Of a DNA stretch of 39,752 nucleotides, positions 38,740 to 39,752 are shown piece by piece. The stretch comes from Tortispora ganteri (lineage: Eukaryota), in NCBI GenBank assembly GCA_003707115.1, contig PPNB01000012.1, positions 186,001-225,752 on the forward strand, written 5' to 3'. The notes below the pieces were generated by a model. The model searched no databases. It saw only the letters and a list, made by a program, of their open reading frames with translations, and was not told where the DNA came from. The first letter of the stretch is position 1; each line of letters begins with the position of its first letter. The position numbers and the translations under genes were made by a program.

Positions 38740-39615
38740 TCATTCCAACTCAGCAGACTCAGAGACCTGTTCTAAAGACTTCCGCTTTCTAGCAGACTCT
38801 TTTAGGTTATCCCAACGAGCTTTAAGTCTGCTATACTGCACTTTAGTTTTGTTCAATTCCAGCTGCAGATCCATGAGCTGGGAGTCAAGATCAGAGGCAC
38901 GTGACCGTTCAGCATTTTCGAGATCTTCTCGAAGTTTGGCGACAGCAGCGCGAATAGCGAATTTTTCTTTATGTATGAACGATTCGTAAGCCTGTAATTT
39001 AGCTGCGAGGTCTGTAATTGATCCACGGAGTGCAGCGTTCTCAATTGCGAGTTCTTCGGCGTTCTTAGAGTTCTGGGGCACAACGTAGAAGCTGTCGCTT
39101 TTGTTATCTGTGTAGCCGCGAGTTGAGGTGACGGCGGCGGCAGCGGCAGCATGCCCTGCAGATGAAGGCGGTGATAATTTAAGTTTCGAGAATTGTAGTT
39201 CTAATGCGGCACTGAACTTATCGATGATATCGCTGGGGGACACGGGAGTACCACTTTTAGAAAATCCAGTGGCGCTAGCATGTTTTGATCCAGGCGTTAT
39301 TGAAGGCTTAAGAGAAGATATAGAATCTCCATTAATCTGTTCAAGAGACGATTTTTCTGTAGGCGTTTTCGATTTAGGGATACGAGCGAGTTCTTGCGCA
39401 GATTTAAGGTAACTTTTATGCATGCTGGCGAGGATCTTACGAGCTACCGGATCAGAAGATGCATCATGAGCCTGTTGGAGTTGTTCAGCAGCCATCTGAT
39501 TCAATCTTGCTGCTTTAGCATACTCACCACTTACAACTAATCTGTTTGCCTTCTTAGCCAATTGATGCGCTGAATGCAATGCTGGTCGGTTGTCTGTGGC
39601 ATCATTCGTGGCCAT
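38740..39615 (-). CDS. ATG38: MIT-like plus coiled-coil protein, probable Atg38/NRBF2 (PI3K complex I)
   Basis: N-terminal helical MIT-like segment ('LHSAHQLAKKANRL...YAKAARLNQMAAEQL'), 'DSFYVVP', 'EELAIENAALR', C-terminal 'LKARWDNLKESARKRK'. First ATG 39615. Confidence 0.65.
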   Translation of the reverse strand: MATNDATDNRPALHSAHQLAKKANRLVVSGEYAKAARLNQMAAEQLQQAHDASSDPVARKILASMHKSYLKSAQELARIPKSKTPTEKSSLEQINGDSISSLKPSITPGSKHASATGFSKSGTPVSPSDIIDKFSAALELQFSKLKLSPPSSAGHAAAAAAVTSTRGYTDNKSDSFYVVPQNSKNAEELAIENAALRGSITDLAAKLQAYESFIHKEKFAIRAAVAKLREDLENAERSRASDLDSQLMDLQLELNKTKVQYSRLKARWDNLKESARKRKSLEQVSESAELE

Positions 39616-39653
39616 CACTGTCGTTAGGGGGAGGAAAATACACAGAAAAAGGA

Positions 39654-39666
39654 GGGGGGGGGGGGG
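39654..39666 (-). repeat. Poly(G)13 tract (poly-C on the ATG38 sense strand)
   Basis: Directly visible homopolymer about 40 bp upstream of the ATG38 start. Confidence 0.9.
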
Positions 39667-39752
39667 TTAAAAGCTTAAACGGTTTTTTATTACACCCCTA
39701 TACACCGACGCCAATGAAGGAACGTAGATGGGTCTATGTAACGGATGAACTT

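Noticed and set aside
2..39615. Functional cluster of TOR/autophagy genes (AVO3, RTC1, ATG38)
   Set aside because: Spread over 40 kb among unrelated genes; compatible with chance.
1..39752. Readthrough-derived cryptic PTS1 (TGA-CTA), tRNAs, LTR/transposons, CRISPR, alternative CUG code
   Set aside because: The TGA stops I checked lack the CTA context; no such elements recognised; CTG occupies conserved Leu positions.

Overview
Eukaryotic (ascomycete yeast) nuclear DNA, very gene-dense: 24 apparently intron-less protein-coding genes in 39.7 kb, several separated by <80 bp. CTG encodes conserved Leu (e.g. VPS1 DLPQI), so the standard code applies (not a CUG-Ser/Ala clade). Gene content (uricase, ARID+C2H2 Rsc9, Sid1-like kinase, DSE1, second DHAD) suggests an early-diverging budding yeast (inference). 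Order: Rictor/AVO3 (5'-partial), TYR1, uricase, MRPL23, RSC9, DUF4048/TDA11-like, TIM22, PPX1, eEF1A-KMT4-like methyltransferase, GT15 mannosyltransferase, Sid1-like kinase, VPS1, DSE1-like, presequence-less ILV3 paralog, RTC1, MRI1, MEF2, two-RRM protein, Ctr copper transporter, WSC sensor, RPC31, COQ7, HSM3-like, TAH18, ATG38-like. I saw no tRNA, rRNA, transposon or CRISPR. The most interesting signals are non-coding: four CGG-N6-CCG (UaY/Ppr1-type) sites plus GATA sites before uricase; Aro80-like repeats around a Gcn4 site before TYR1; RFX X-boxes (one with a forkhead site) and triple CCAGCC (Ace2) sites resembling fission-yeast mitotic regulation; CreA/Mig1 sites before the probably cytosolic DHAD; and a chain of stop/start-overlapping mini-ORFs filling the 46-bp RTC1-MRI1 spacer. 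All identifications are by eye from remembered family motifs; no searches were run.
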